Source of the DNA: Octopus bimaculoides
Taxonomy: Eukaryota
DNA: 40,188 nucleotides
Assembly (NCBI RefSeq): GCF_001194135.2
Contig: NC_068993.1
Coordinates: forward strand, 31,558,024-31,598,211
Reading direction: 5' to 3'
Under the pieces are notes generated by a model. That model saw nothing but the letters and a program-made list of their open reading frames with translations. It made no database searches and was not told where the DNA came from. Within the stretch, counting starts at the first letter, position 1. The number at the start of each line of letters is the position of its first letter. Both the position numbers and the translations under genes were made by a program. Shown here in pieces: positions 13,257-25,100 of this stretch.

Positions 13257-13590
13257 TGAAATAAACTTGAAAGTATAAACGTGAGAATGAGTGGATCGAG
13301 AAGTTTAAAAGTGGTCGGACAAGTGTGACGCATGGAGAAGGAGAAGGACACCAGTCAACCTCCACCACTGATGACAAGATTCAGCAAGCTCAGGAGATGG
13401 TAATGGTGAACCGGTTCATCGTTAACATATCACACTGAAAGCCAGATAGAAAAATGGTGCGATCAGGATCAAACTTCGATCCCGTAACCACAATAGTACC
13501 AACTATAAACACGGATGTGCAGAAGGCAATGTGACAATTATAAAGATATGTTATGGTGAAAGTGCGGATAATTTTTGACTTGCCCTCGTA
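13257..13590. mobile_element. Rearranged mariner derivative, copy 1 (HTH-coding piece on +, TIR + 5'UTR on -)
   Basis: The + strand encodes EWIEKFKSGRTSVTH.EGEGHQSTSTTDDKIQQAQEMVMVNR (mariner HTH region). The right end reverse-complements to TA-cgagggcaagtcaaaaattatccgcac, a mariner TIR next to (TA)n. The UTR ends ..gtgtgatatgttaacgATG on the - strand. Confidence 0.85.
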
Positions 13591-13599
13591 TATATATAT

Positions 13600-13806
13600 A
13601 TAATGTAACCTCGTGGACATCGGTGGCGATTTTTTCTTCCTCCGTTTTTCCCTTCTTTGGACTTTCCTTGTTTCTGACGAAGAGCTCCGCTCGAAACGTC
13701 ATACTCTCTCTCTCTTTCGTTTCCCGAGCGTCTAGTAGCACAATCTGTATCACGTCTTCAGGTTGTTGTTTTTTGCTGTTGTCTTTTGTCTTTTTCCTTT
13801 TTTGAA

Positions 13807-13808
<2 letters not shown>
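13600..13808 (+). mobile_element. Short PLE-derived (pseudo-LTR-like) repeat between two (TA)n tracts
   Basis: Pyrimidine-rich segment containing ctgacgaagagctccgctcgaaacgtc, a signature of PLE pLTR hammerheads; flanked by (TA)n on both sides. Confidence 0.6.
13670..13704 (+). ncRNA. Minimal type I hammerhead ribozyme (PLE type), stem I with one mismatch
   Basis: gttt-CTGACGA-a-gagc-tcc-gctc-GAAA-c-GTC-atac: conserved core, 4-bp stem II, palindromic ACGT stem III, GUC cleavage triplet, stem I 3 of 4 pairs. Confidence 0.7.

Positions 13809-13877
<69 letters not shown>
13809..13877. repeat. (TA)n microsatellite
   Basis: Direct reading. Confidence 0.95.
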
Positions 13878-13883
<6 letters not shown>

Positions 13884-14000
13884 CATACATACACACACAT
13901 ACATACATACATACATACATGCATATATGCATACATATAGATATGTATATATAAATATGTATGCATGGTGATTCCCCATATTCCAAGAATATTGCTCGCA

Positions 14001-14046
<46 letters not shown>

Positions 14047-14127
14047 CTATCAATGGTGTTTGTTACTGTCTGACCATGACCTCACGAAAGACTATTCATT
14101 CATGTTGCAGATTTGTATTGTATGAAG

Positions 14128-14251
14128 CATAGAAAATTATGACTCCTACTCGAATGATCAAGACATTTTGGGGTATGTGACCTTTGTGTATCGTATGTAT
14201 TTTCACACCTGAAACCGACTTAGAAACCTTTTATCATATTACACGTGTTAC
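14128..14251 (+). repeat. ~124-bp segment duplicated in direct orientation at 19490-19613
   Basis: catagaaaattat..gacattttggggtatgtgacctttgt.tatcgtatgtattttcacacctgaaaccgacttagaaaccttt..tcatattacacgtgt occurs at both sites, about 90% identity by eye. Confidence 0.9.
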
Positions 14252-14839
14252 ATCAACTGGTCTGGGAGCGAGGACGTTGCATGCAGCTGGTCTTTCAAGG
14301 GACTACATGCATACATACACACACGCACATACATACATATATACATGTATTGATAAACGCTTGGCAACAAGTGGTGTGTGTAGTATTATTTTAAAAGAAA
14401 TGTTCCTAGGCTAAAAACCAGTTCTTTTACTATTGGAGACAAACATCAAAACCAAAATCATAAGAGAATGTTGCGATCACTCCTTATAACATTTAGTATT
14501 TTGTGTGTGGTTTTAGCACATTAGCATGTCGGGAGATTGTCGTGCTACACAGAAATACCAGATTAAACTTGACACATGTAGATCAGAATTATATTACACT
14601 TAACCAATATATCGTTGGGTATAGAATTGGTTTGCTTCTTCAGGCGGCCAGGTTTGACAGGACTTTTACATATATGGCCTAAAACAGGTTTATTAAAGAT
14701 GTCATCACCACGAATGTTAAGGAAACCTGCTAGTTTAGCTAATAATATGTAACATAGACTCAGTGTACTAGCATTCACTTTAGTTTGTCGCGTATTGTAT
14801 TTTGCTACCTCACACTAATTTCATTTCTCTCTCTCTCTA

Positions 14840-14875
<36 letters not shown>

Positions 14876-15476
14876 CCTCTCTCTCTCTCTCTCTTCCCAC
14901 ATACACATGTTTTTATACGCTATTATTAGTTTCACGCGATAGAAGACGAAAAAGAAGTATATATATAAAAGTGGAAGGTTGAAAAACCGGAAATTGAAAA
15001 ATGATCATAAGGAAACAAAAGGAGAATAAGAGTTATTTCCCTTAGGCCGTAAGTTATATAGCTGAAAAGATAGTGGCTTAGAGTTTATGGTACAGTTAAA
15101 TTAATCCAGTGGGGGAGGGGGTGCATTTCATGATTCCATAACAAGAACTTAGGCATATGCTTACAACCGATGAAAAATTCGGATCTATATTTCAGCAGTG
15201 AGTTCTTGGATCTGAAAAGGATCTTAGTTCTTTCACCTACGCATAGCTTTCTCATTTTTTCTCTCGACCCATTTTTAGTTCGTCATCCCATGAGGGCAGT
15301 GTATGTTGATTTATAACCAGACGTGTTATAAAACGATAATTGGCATGTTCTCAGAGCATGGAAATAGTAGTAGCATATAAAAACATATTGTGCTCATTAA
15401 ATATTATTTATCTCTCACCAGATGGAATACTGTTTGTTGATTTTACCATCATCAAACAGTACACTATATCACAACA

Positions 15477-15551
<75 letters not shown>

Positions 15552-15808
15552 NNNNNNNNNNTATATATGTATATATATACTAGTATCTATGTGTGTGAAT
15601 ACACACACACACATCACATATATATATGTATATATATTAATATGTGCGTGTGTGTGTGAATACACACATACACATGTATAGAGGCACTTACATACGTGCA
15701 CATATAGGAGAGAATGGAGCAATTTAGTTAACTTTATATATGTGCTTCTACATTGAAATACGAACATGTGCACGTGTGTGCATCTGCATATTTTATATGT
15801 TTGTGTGT

Positions 15809-15845
<37 letters not shown>

Positions 15846-17779
15846 CGTGTGTATGTGTGACTGTGTGTGTGCACGCGCGCGTGCTTGCGTGTTTGTATGA
15901 AGAGACGGCAAAATACAACAGAGAGAGTGAGAGCTACTTAAACAGATATTCGACTAGCGAAATACTTATAAATTACTTTTATAGAAGAAAAGTAATTTTA
16001 TTTTTCTCGAGCAAGAAAATTCGACTATACAGGGACTCGTCCTTTAGAGAGGGAGAAAAATAGAGAATGAGATATAAAGAGAAAGAAAGCGAACGGTAGG
16101 AAATATACAGGCCTTCTCGTATTAATCACAAAATAGAGGATGATTCAATACACATACAAAGACGTACACAGACACACACACATACACACACACACGAACA
16201 CGCACACACACAGACACGCACACACATACACACACATACACGCGCACATATAGACATGCATATACGTTTGTGTGCATGAGACAGAGTCAGATAGAGGGGG
16301 AATGAGACTTACAGGAACAACTACCTCACCATTATGAAAATATATTTTTTGTACAAGATGGTGAATGCCCTCAATAGCAGCGAAAGCAACCTGCTTCAGA
16401 GCATTAACGTAATTATCATTCATCCACGATTGTGGGTGTGAATATTTTTAAGACCAAATTTTAGTTTCTCTCTAATATTTCTAGGCTTGATCACTAATTC
16501 AGTTCTCTACCAAATTGAATGCGATTTCTTTTAGCAATGATGACCCAGTCTTCAGCTACTCTTTGAGGTCAGATAATTGAAAATTAATTCATTACAAATA
16601 GGTTAAGTAAAGATGTATAGGGTCAAAACTGGGAGAGTAAGGCGAAACATGGACTTTGAATCAAGATATCCTACTTATTTCTAGAATAGCTGAGAAGAAT
16701 CTTTTGGTGAAAGCCGCGTTAAGAATTATTAACTAGAAAAACAGTTGTGTGACCTTAAGTGACGATAAAAATGGAAATAACCTCTAAAATTTACTTTGAA
16801 TCGAAATATCAGTTTTGTTCAAGTGAAATAACTCTATGAAATAAATTTTATGATAAACTTTTCGTCATGAAATATTAACTACAAAAACGTGGTATTGTTT
16901 TAATTGTCGGAAATATCCTGCTCATCTTAAGAAATTCAAGTATTTTTATCATTTTGAGATATCCAATTGTACAGCACAGTAACTGGTGTTTGGGGGATAA
17001 TCGTTCGTCCCTCGGTAGCGGTTTGCTACGCTATTTTTTTTTTTCGTTCTAAATGATGAAAACAAATGTGATGAAGTTTTTATTTTTTAAGAGAAAAATA
17101 TTATTTTGCACCAAGAGGAATATTGTTGTGATTTCATATTAATTTTCATTATTTAATTTAAGGATTAAAGCATGTACTTATCAAAACATATTAAAATAAA
17201 ATTTTCTCCCATTAAAAAATCAAATTATTAATGATTTAATTAAAATGTAACATTATTTTATCATAAAAAGTTTTTTAACTATATTTGTTTGTGATATGTA
17301 TGCTGTCATTAAGCCTTTGTTATTTCTATGAGCAGACACAATTTCTAAGTATCAACAAAACTTGTAGGTTAGAAATATTTATAATGGTAGCATTTTTTCA
17401 ATTATAAAGTTAAATGTGACCATTATAGTAACTGAAGCGTTGCTTGAGACAAAAGTGAACAAAAATGCGGTCATAGAATCCTAGAATATTCTTAAGTGTT
17501 GGACCTGGAAAAGTAGAGAACAAGTAGTATTTAAGTCAGAAAAAATACAGAAGAATATATATATTGTTGCTATTATGCAAAAGTGTCTTAAGTCCGAAAC
17601 ATTGCTTTTTCAGAAAACGAAATAAATAGTTTCACCATTCCATAGCAAAACAGTAGTACTACACTTTGACAATTTTTTTTTATGTCTAGGCATCTGAAGC
17701 AGCTTGAGATACGATAGTTTGACCAAAAGAACCAGCTATTACGAGCAAAAATAAATATGGAAAAAAACGCATTTGGCCA

Positions 17780-18254
17780 ATTTTGCACATACGACAGTTT
17801 AACGTAATAGCAACGATATATATTAAGAAAGGCAAAGTTCAACATGAATAAACAGGATACAATATTCACAGTACCCAAGTGTAATGATAACGGATATGGC
17901 ACGTGTCAATACATGCATACTGGTAGATCTATTAGAACAAAAAATGGACAGGTCGTTACAACTGCAGATATTACCAGCACATGCAGAAGTTTGATCTACT
18001 GTATTAAATGCATTAATTGCGAGGAACAATATATTGGCGAAACAGAGAATGTATTATCGGAATGCTTACGAGTCTACAGACAGCAAATCCGGAACCCTAA
18101 TGTTCTCCAAATTCCATTGAGCGAATATGTAGAAACATATCGTCAGAAAATGTTTCTAATTTTTCTTTTCCACAAATTAATTACACAAGTCAGGTTGGAA
18201 GAAAGATAAAAGAAAAAGGTTTTTATGAAAATGTTCAAATTTGTTCTGAAATAA
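17780..18254 (+). mobile_element. Penelope-like element fragment (Neptune-type Cys linker + GIY-YIG), pseudogenised
   Basis: ORF 17844..18209 reads FTVPKCNDNGYGTCQYMHTG..RSLIYCIKCINCEEQYIGETENVLSE.LRVYRQQIRNPNVLQIPLSEYVE, preceded by RQ..LRKAKFN and followed by frameshifted KEKVFMKMFK. The decayed C-x-C-xx-C linker is characteristic of Neptune-group PLEs. Confidence 0.9.
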
Positions 18255-18956
18255 CAATAATATAGCAACCAATTAATGATGTAGATTAAAAAATATCTTT
18301 AACATATTAATATAAATTACAGAAGACTTCCACCGATCGAAATGAAAACGATCAAAACGAAATAAGTTTGCCCACTCATAAAACCAATACATGTAAACCA
18401 AAAGTTAATTTGTTAAAATAAAGGCGGGATTTATGCCAGTAATATCAGTGCGACCGGCAAAACGTGATGTTTAAGATGTATTTGAAAAAAATTCACCTTG
18501 TTAGAGCCTTCTAAAAGATATAAAAAGGAAGAAGTCAGTCATTTTACTACAGTTGTCAAGAATTCATCTGTCAGTTAAATACATTTTGAAATCTGATGGT
18601 TACTACGAACGTATGAAAGCGCTAATTGCAATTTTATGAACGTTGCAAAATATCTTCTTTACTGTTTAACACACTTCAAAATTGTAAAAGAATATTTTGA
18701 AACACAATAATAAGAACTTGAAAACCAGACCATGCTGTAACTTTATTCAACTGATATATTATTTTATACACATTTACACAAATTCGGAATATATATATAT
18801 ATANNNNNNNNNNNNNNNNNNNNNNNNNNNNNNNNNNNNNNNNNNNNNNNNNNNNNNNNNNNNNNNNNNNNNNNNNNNNNNNNNNNNNNNNNNNNNNNAT
18901 GTATGTATGTATGTATGTATGTATGTATGTATGTATGTATGTATGTATGTATGTAT

Positions 18957-19125
18957 GGGCGCAGGTGTGACTAAAAACTTTGACTTCTCAACCACATGGT
19001 TTCGAGTTTAGTACCACTGCATGGTGCTTGGGCAAGTGACTTCTAATGTAACTTCACTAAGCATACATATTTATATATACATATCTATATGTATGCATGC
19101 ATGTATGTATGTATGTATGTGTGTA

Positions 19126-19157
<32 letters not shown>

Positions 19158-19640
19158 CACGAGGTGAAGTCAAAAATTATCCGCACTTTTGCCATACCAT
19201 ATCTTTATAATTGTCACATTGCCTTCTCCACATCCGTGCTTATAGTTGGTACTATTGTGATCACCTGATCGAAGTTTGAGCCTGATCGCACCATTTTTCT
19301 ATCTGGCTTTCAGTGTAAGATGTTAACGATGAACCGGTTCACCATTATCATCTCTTGAGCTTGCTGAATCTTGTCATCAGTGGTGGAGGTTGACTGGTGT
19401 CCTTCTCCCTCTTCGCGTGTCACACTTGTCCGGCCACTTTTAAACTTCACAATCCACTCATACTCACTTTTATACTTTCAAGTTTATTTCATAGAAAATT
19501 ATAACTTCTACTCGACTGCTCAGGACATTTTGGGGTATGTGACCTTTGTTTATCGTATGTATTTTCACACCTGAAACCGACTTAGAAACCTTTGCTCATA
19601 TTACACGTGTGACTCCAAAACCTTGTGTGTCGACCTGGTA

Positions 19641-19677
<37 letters not shown>

Positions 19678-19687
19678 NNNNNNNNNN

Positions 19688-19726
<39 letters not shown>

Positions 19727-19975
19727 ACAGAATATATGTATGTATGTGTGTGTGCGTGTGTATGTGTGTGTTGGGGTGTGTCTTTTATCAGTGCCTGTTC
19801 CTCGCCACCGCGTTTACGTTCACGTAACTTAGCGGTCCGACAAACGTTGGCGATAGAGTACGTACTAGGCTTTGAAAAATAAGTACTAGGGTCGACTAAT
19901 CCGACTAAAAATTTGTCAAAGTGGTGCCCCAAAATGGCCGTAGTATAATGACTGAAAGAAGTAAAGGATTAAAAG
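18957..19975 (+). mobile_element. Family A SINE split by a ~560-bp insertion (SINE parts ~18957-19050 and ~19613-19975)
   Basis: Head gggcgcaggtgtg..accacatggtttcgagttt..cttgggcaagtgacttcta; it resumes at ccaaaaccttgtg..tggtagacgg and continues gtaacttagcggtccg..gtggtgcccc..tgactgaaagaagtaaag, collinear with the 9251-9660 copy. Confidence 0.8.
19158..19491. mobile_element. Rearranged mariner derivative, copy 2, inverted relative to 13257-13590
   Basis: Reverse complement of copy 1 over its full length, with the same internal inversion junction (gaaccggttc) and the same end point (tgaaataaacttgaaagtataa). Confidence 0.9.
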
Positions 19976-20821
19976 TGGTGTGCTGTGTTTTGGGGCAAAA
20001 TACTTCATCTCTTTGCGTTCACTTAGGCACCTGACACGTGCTATACAGTCCAACTCTTCAGGCAACATCGACTTGTTGGAGGAAGTGAGCTAATGTACAG
20101 GACATACATGTTATCACTATAAATAAATTATTTGTGCAGGTCGTTCCGCAAAAAGCTGAACACACATACATCGTCATCAACGGCAAAGTCCATCATATTT
20201 GTCTTATTTTTACCGAAAAATTTCTAATGTCAAACGTCTTTCCTTTCGATGTACTGGCATTCGGTACTCTGAATGTTCGGTTCTTCAAACTTTCGATATT
20301 ATGATTTATTATGGAGCTTGTTTTAATATTCAGCCTTATTGCGTTTACACACTTCGCGTTGGATGTCACGGTCCAGTCTCAAACCCACAGCGTGAAACAC
20401 ATACATTCTTGACTTGCTATTCTACTGCCTGAAGCAGTCTCTTTGTGGTATTGAATAATTACTTTTTCTGCTTCATACGAATACTAAAGCAGGCAGACGT
20501 GACAGTCATCATACGCTTCAAATCACATACGACCCACATGAAAAGTAAAAGATGCACTGGATAATATTCTTTCTTTCCTTCTTTTTTTTTTTTGCTAATT
20601 TATATGATCTAATCGCCATGCGCTGCATTAATTTCAGAAACTTTTGTCGACATTATGACCTCCTGTATTTTGGTAGATATCATTCTGGTAATACATGAAA
20701 TGTATACTGGTGAATTGTGAGAGCGAAGATAATCAGCCAAGCATAAATATCACATGGTGTTTCTGTTTTAAAATACCGGTTCTTATTTCAGCCTTCTACA
20801 CACAAACACATACACACACAT

Positions 20822-20865
<44 letters not shown>

Positions 20866-21787
20866 GCACGCACGCACGCACGCACAATACTGAACACACA
20901 CATACAAAACAAGCAAAAAATACTTCAATCTTCTACACAGGTTCCGTTTACGAGAAGTCAATACGAAACTTTGGCAGGATGATGATGATGATGATGATGC
21001 ATAACATTTAAGTTTGGTGAAGTAAATTATTTTATTCCGATCTCTTCCATGATAACCAGTCTGATTTCATTGCCTACAGAAGGATGCCAAAAAATAAACG
21101 TTTGGAAAACATTGCAAAAAATATTCTTGGCAATTCTTTAACTCTATTCCATACTTAACTAAATCACTGAATATCCCCAAGTAAAATATGAAGATACAGG
21201 CACACACAAATAGTCACAGACACACACATACACACACATACGGATGCATACGTCAACACAAAGAGGTACAAATATACACACCACTCAGACATATAAACAG
21301 TCCTTCACAGGCATACATACATACATTGATACACACATACATACATAAATTTATACATACGTACATACATACAAACATACATATATATGTATAACCACAC
21401 TTAGGCAAGGACGGAGATATAAAGTGCCAGGAAATGCACATATACAGCTATGTTGTACTATATGTTTTCTATATACTTTTCAATTATTGATTATTGAAAG
21501 AAACTGCAACGTACATACGCACACGACCACACCAATATTTGCATGTGTCGTATGTAGTAAATTATGTGTAAGTATGTGTTTGTGAGAATGTATACATGTA
21601 TGTGTGTATACTTGTGTATGTATGTGTGTGTGCTTATGTAACTGTGCGTTTGTGTCTCTAGATCCATTATATCAGCAATACAGAACGATGGTATCTGCTG
21701 AAGTTATGACAATATCGCCTACAGATATAATTATAACACTTCCAAAAGTAGAAATGTCTAACTGTAAATTTGGCTAAATTCAGCTAT

Positions 21788-21839
<52 letters not shown>

Positions 21840-21999
21840 TAAGACAAACAATGTCACACATACAGAAACATATATACATACATAATAGAATACATATGTA
21901 ATTTATGTATCTGTGGTTATGTGTGCATGTGTCTGTTTATTGGAAACCAAATTTCTTTCAAACAGGTTATATTGAAAACGCCAATATTTTCGAGTTCAG

Positions 22000-22450
22000 T
22001 CTATTTTATTAAAGATTTTTCATATTTGCTTCCTAGTTATTTGGAGCAATATAATTCCTAAATTTATAATTATTTGAATAATTCCTCAATTTCTTCACCA
22101 AAACCAACTGATGTTGATGATGGTGTCTTTGCAGTAACCATTAAGGGTCATCGCAACAGTTTTATAACTGAAAGAAATATACCACGATCGGTTTACATTC
22201 CCACAATGACTAAATCCGGATGCGTACAATTTATTTTATGACTGTCTCTTACTTTTCGATTTATAATGTGCTATTTCAAAACTTCCGTAAAAGCATTTCC
22301 CTGTTTTCCAATCAAAACGCCGAATTCTTCGAAATAAAACACAATCAGTCACCACTTCCAACTCAAACCACTGATGGAATTCCAGATACACACAGAAACG
22401 CATGACAGGTACAATTTCTATAATACAAAAAAACATATCTTTATGGCTCT
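22000..22450 (-). mobile_element. Possible highly decayed RLE-LINE C-terminal remnant
   Basis: Minus strand reads (H/R)PDLVIV at 22202-22219, with a W-x-x-DCVL-like stretch ~125 nt upstream, the spacing expected for RHD..RPD. Many stops and frameshifts; weak. Confidence 0.25.
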
Positions 22451-22933
22451 TAGATGTGTTTTATGATGTCATTTAACTTAAGAAACATTTCTTCTCAACT
22501 GAAAGACTAATCAGTAATAGTGAAGCAAAGGGGAAACAATTTCAACCAACTCCCTCTAGCGTGGATCCGACGCTTATGAAGGAACTTTGAGAAATGTCTA
22601 CCGTCAAACACTTTGAAAAACCACTAAACACTTCTAAAGATTAAAACCATGAATAGATTTTGGCATTCCAGGGTTTAACCGAAATACAGAAAGATTTTGA
22701 TTATCGGCTTCTAGATATGCATCTTCATCAAGTTTGTCTCCAGATATAAACTAAAGGTGGTAAAGGTCCACAAAGAAAGGAAAGGAAAATAAATCTCTTC
22801 TTAAAGGGATTAATTTCGTCTCATACAGTCGTCTTTTTGTTTTTATCAGTTCAATCTTCTATTTTCCCGTGGGTGATGTAGTGATGCATCTGTTTGGTAA
22901 CGTGTCAAACCAACATTCACAGTAATATTAGTA

Positions 22934-23019
22934 GTACATTATTTACATTATTTATATTCGACGGATATTTGTCCTCATCCGTCGAATGTAAATTATGTTA
23001 AATAATGTAAATAATGCAC
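22934..23019. repeat. ~85-bp imperfect palindrome with a perfect 11-bp GC-containing stem
   Basis: attcgacggat (22956-22966) / atccgtcgaat (22977-22987) with a 10-nt loop; outer arms gtacattatttacattattta / taaataatgtaaataatgcac. Confidence 0.85.
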
Positions 23020-24914
23020 ATAATTCCTCATCTCTTAAATATAGAACTGTAATATTTATAGTATTCAGTAATAGCATTGGTAGTCATTTACGATATTTAT
23101 GTCTCCAACTTCACTCAGTGATTCTGTTTCCATATGTTCTCAGTAGCCTTCCATTTGTTATTCTAGAAGGCAGTAGAGTTTTTTAGTTTTTTTTTTTTTT
23201 GTGGTTATACATATTGATAATGCTTGAGCTTTATCAATCGTAAACAGGTCGATTATAGGCCTAGATTGTAATGGGTTGAGGTTTATTTCGTCTAATGCAT
23301 TCAAATTTTGTTTTTAATTTGCTAAATCAACATGTGTAAGCCATTCTGATGTTGGTTCTTGTCTTGTCAGCAAATCGTTGAATTTCTACTGAGTCAATAA
23401 ACCAATGTTTATACCTCGTCTATATTTCTTAAATCTTTTAACCAAATGTTTTTGCATTTTCTTATATAACGGAATGTTCAAACTGATTATAGTTTTGTAA
23501 CTTCTGAGTTAATCTTTGAATTTTTTCTTTTCTCCTCAAGATTGATGAGATATTCACCGTTGTCGCTAGTAGCAAGCCGTCTGCTGGTCTTTCTAAAATT
23601 CTTTTATGCTTTGTTTCTGAGAGACTAGCATTGATTTCTATTTTGTTTTTATCGAATTAAAGGGAAAATAATTTTGTACTGGTGACAAACTCATGTTTCT
23701 CTATTTCTCAAAGATAACGGGTTTTACAGCAGAATATTATAAGTTAGCAAGAACCACCTCCCTTTTTAGCTTACTATTGAGTACTTTGGTTTTTACTAAT
23801 TTGTATTTCACGAATATTTATATTTCTCTCTTTGTTGTAGATATCGGGATTCCGTTTCTTTTAGCTTTCCTAGATTCCTCTGTAAGTTTTCATGTTATTT
23901 GCTTCGATTTAGATATAGCAATGTAAGAGTCTTTGCGAAGGTACCCGTATTCCTTTATAACTACTGGAACTACTGTATAGATTAACCGATTTAGTCTGGT
24001 GATATTGATTATTGTGTTTTGAGACTGTATATGATAGACCAGTTGGTGTGGCTCTAGTTAGGATTAAGTTTTTGTCATTCAATGTTGTGTAAACACGCTG
24101 ATATACATATTTTGTTATTTCTGTTTGTAATTTTTGCACTAGATTTACTTTCTCAACTTGCGTTGAATGTTTGTAATTTGGGTAATTCTATATGGGTGTT
24201 TTTATTGTTTTTTTTTTCTTCTCGTTTGCATTTTCAAAATGTATTCTTTCAATAGAAAGTTATATTCCAACCTTGCTTAAATTTCGATAAATAACTTCCT
24301 TGATTTAACTAAAATGAGCAATATGTTTGGACAAACCTTTGCTTGTTGCTTGAAGTTTTCTCCTGTACGTATATATCGTCGGACTTCAGTTTGCAATATG
24401 CGACTGTAAAATGTTCATATAATAATGAAAAGAAAAGCTTTTCTGTGGCGTTCACCGAACTTAAGAAGTAATCCTACCCGCTATATTACACTTGTATATC
24501 TTGTTATAGATGTAAGTTCATTTCCGGAGAGGCAGAACTAGGATAGAATTGAGGGTGAGGGAGGACTATATAGTGACCTTTTACATCTTATGACCAACTT
24601 TACTTAGCAACCTTCATGATCGTAAAATAAGTCCATGGATACCAGATAAGTCAAAGTCGGATTTTATTTCATCGATTTGATGTGTTTACCCTAGTTCTAT
24701 TAAATAAATATCTGAGCAGTGATGGCTAAATTTTAATTGACAATAATGTTCAGGATGGAAAACAAGCAATGTTAATGCGATCGTTTAAGATTTTCCTCTT
24801 CAGGTTAATAGTAAACCTGTTAGGGAACATAGACTTAACAAACTTTTGGTCGTGAGTAAATTTATAGGGATGTAGGTTTTTAGTGTCTCACATTTTCGTT
24901 TTTTTTTTGGGGGG

Positions 24915-25100
24915 GGGGATTAATAGCGTTTTCTCCGTTTCGACAATGATTCAAATGCTGATGCCACTCTACCCACTCTTGATCGAATGCTGCTTCGCGA
25001 GTACTTACCAGAATCTAGTGCTTGCCAATCCTATGAGACTTCAAGTTCCTTGCAGTTTTTGCTAAGTGTAGGAAATGATGCTTGAGATGCTACAGTATAG
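24915..25100 (-). mobile_element. Possible LINE (RTE/L2-like) RT C-terminal remnant
   Basis: Minus strand reads KELEVS*..LDSG..IRSRVGRVASAFESLSK, resembling the EI.SRIGKA..AF..L motif after the RT YLG motif. Confidence 0.35.

Noticed and set aside
11809-16063. YI/VC/HT/LS dipeptide-repeat ORFs (also at 26.5 and 37.1 kb)
   Set aside because: They are translations of (TA)n, (TG)n, (CA)n and (CT)n microsatellites.
16145-16423. Protein-like minus-strand stretch WMNDNYVNALKQVAFAAIEGIHHLVQKIYFHNGEVVVP followed by a strong GTAAGT donor
   Set aside because: There is no polypyrimidine/AG acceptor before the upstream in-frame stop, no recognisable domain and no partner exons. It would need RNA-seq or homology support.
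17083-17220. Loose inverted repeat ttttttaagagaaaaatattatttt / aaaataaaattttctcccattaaaaaa
   Set aside because: Almost pure A/T; expected by chance at this composition.
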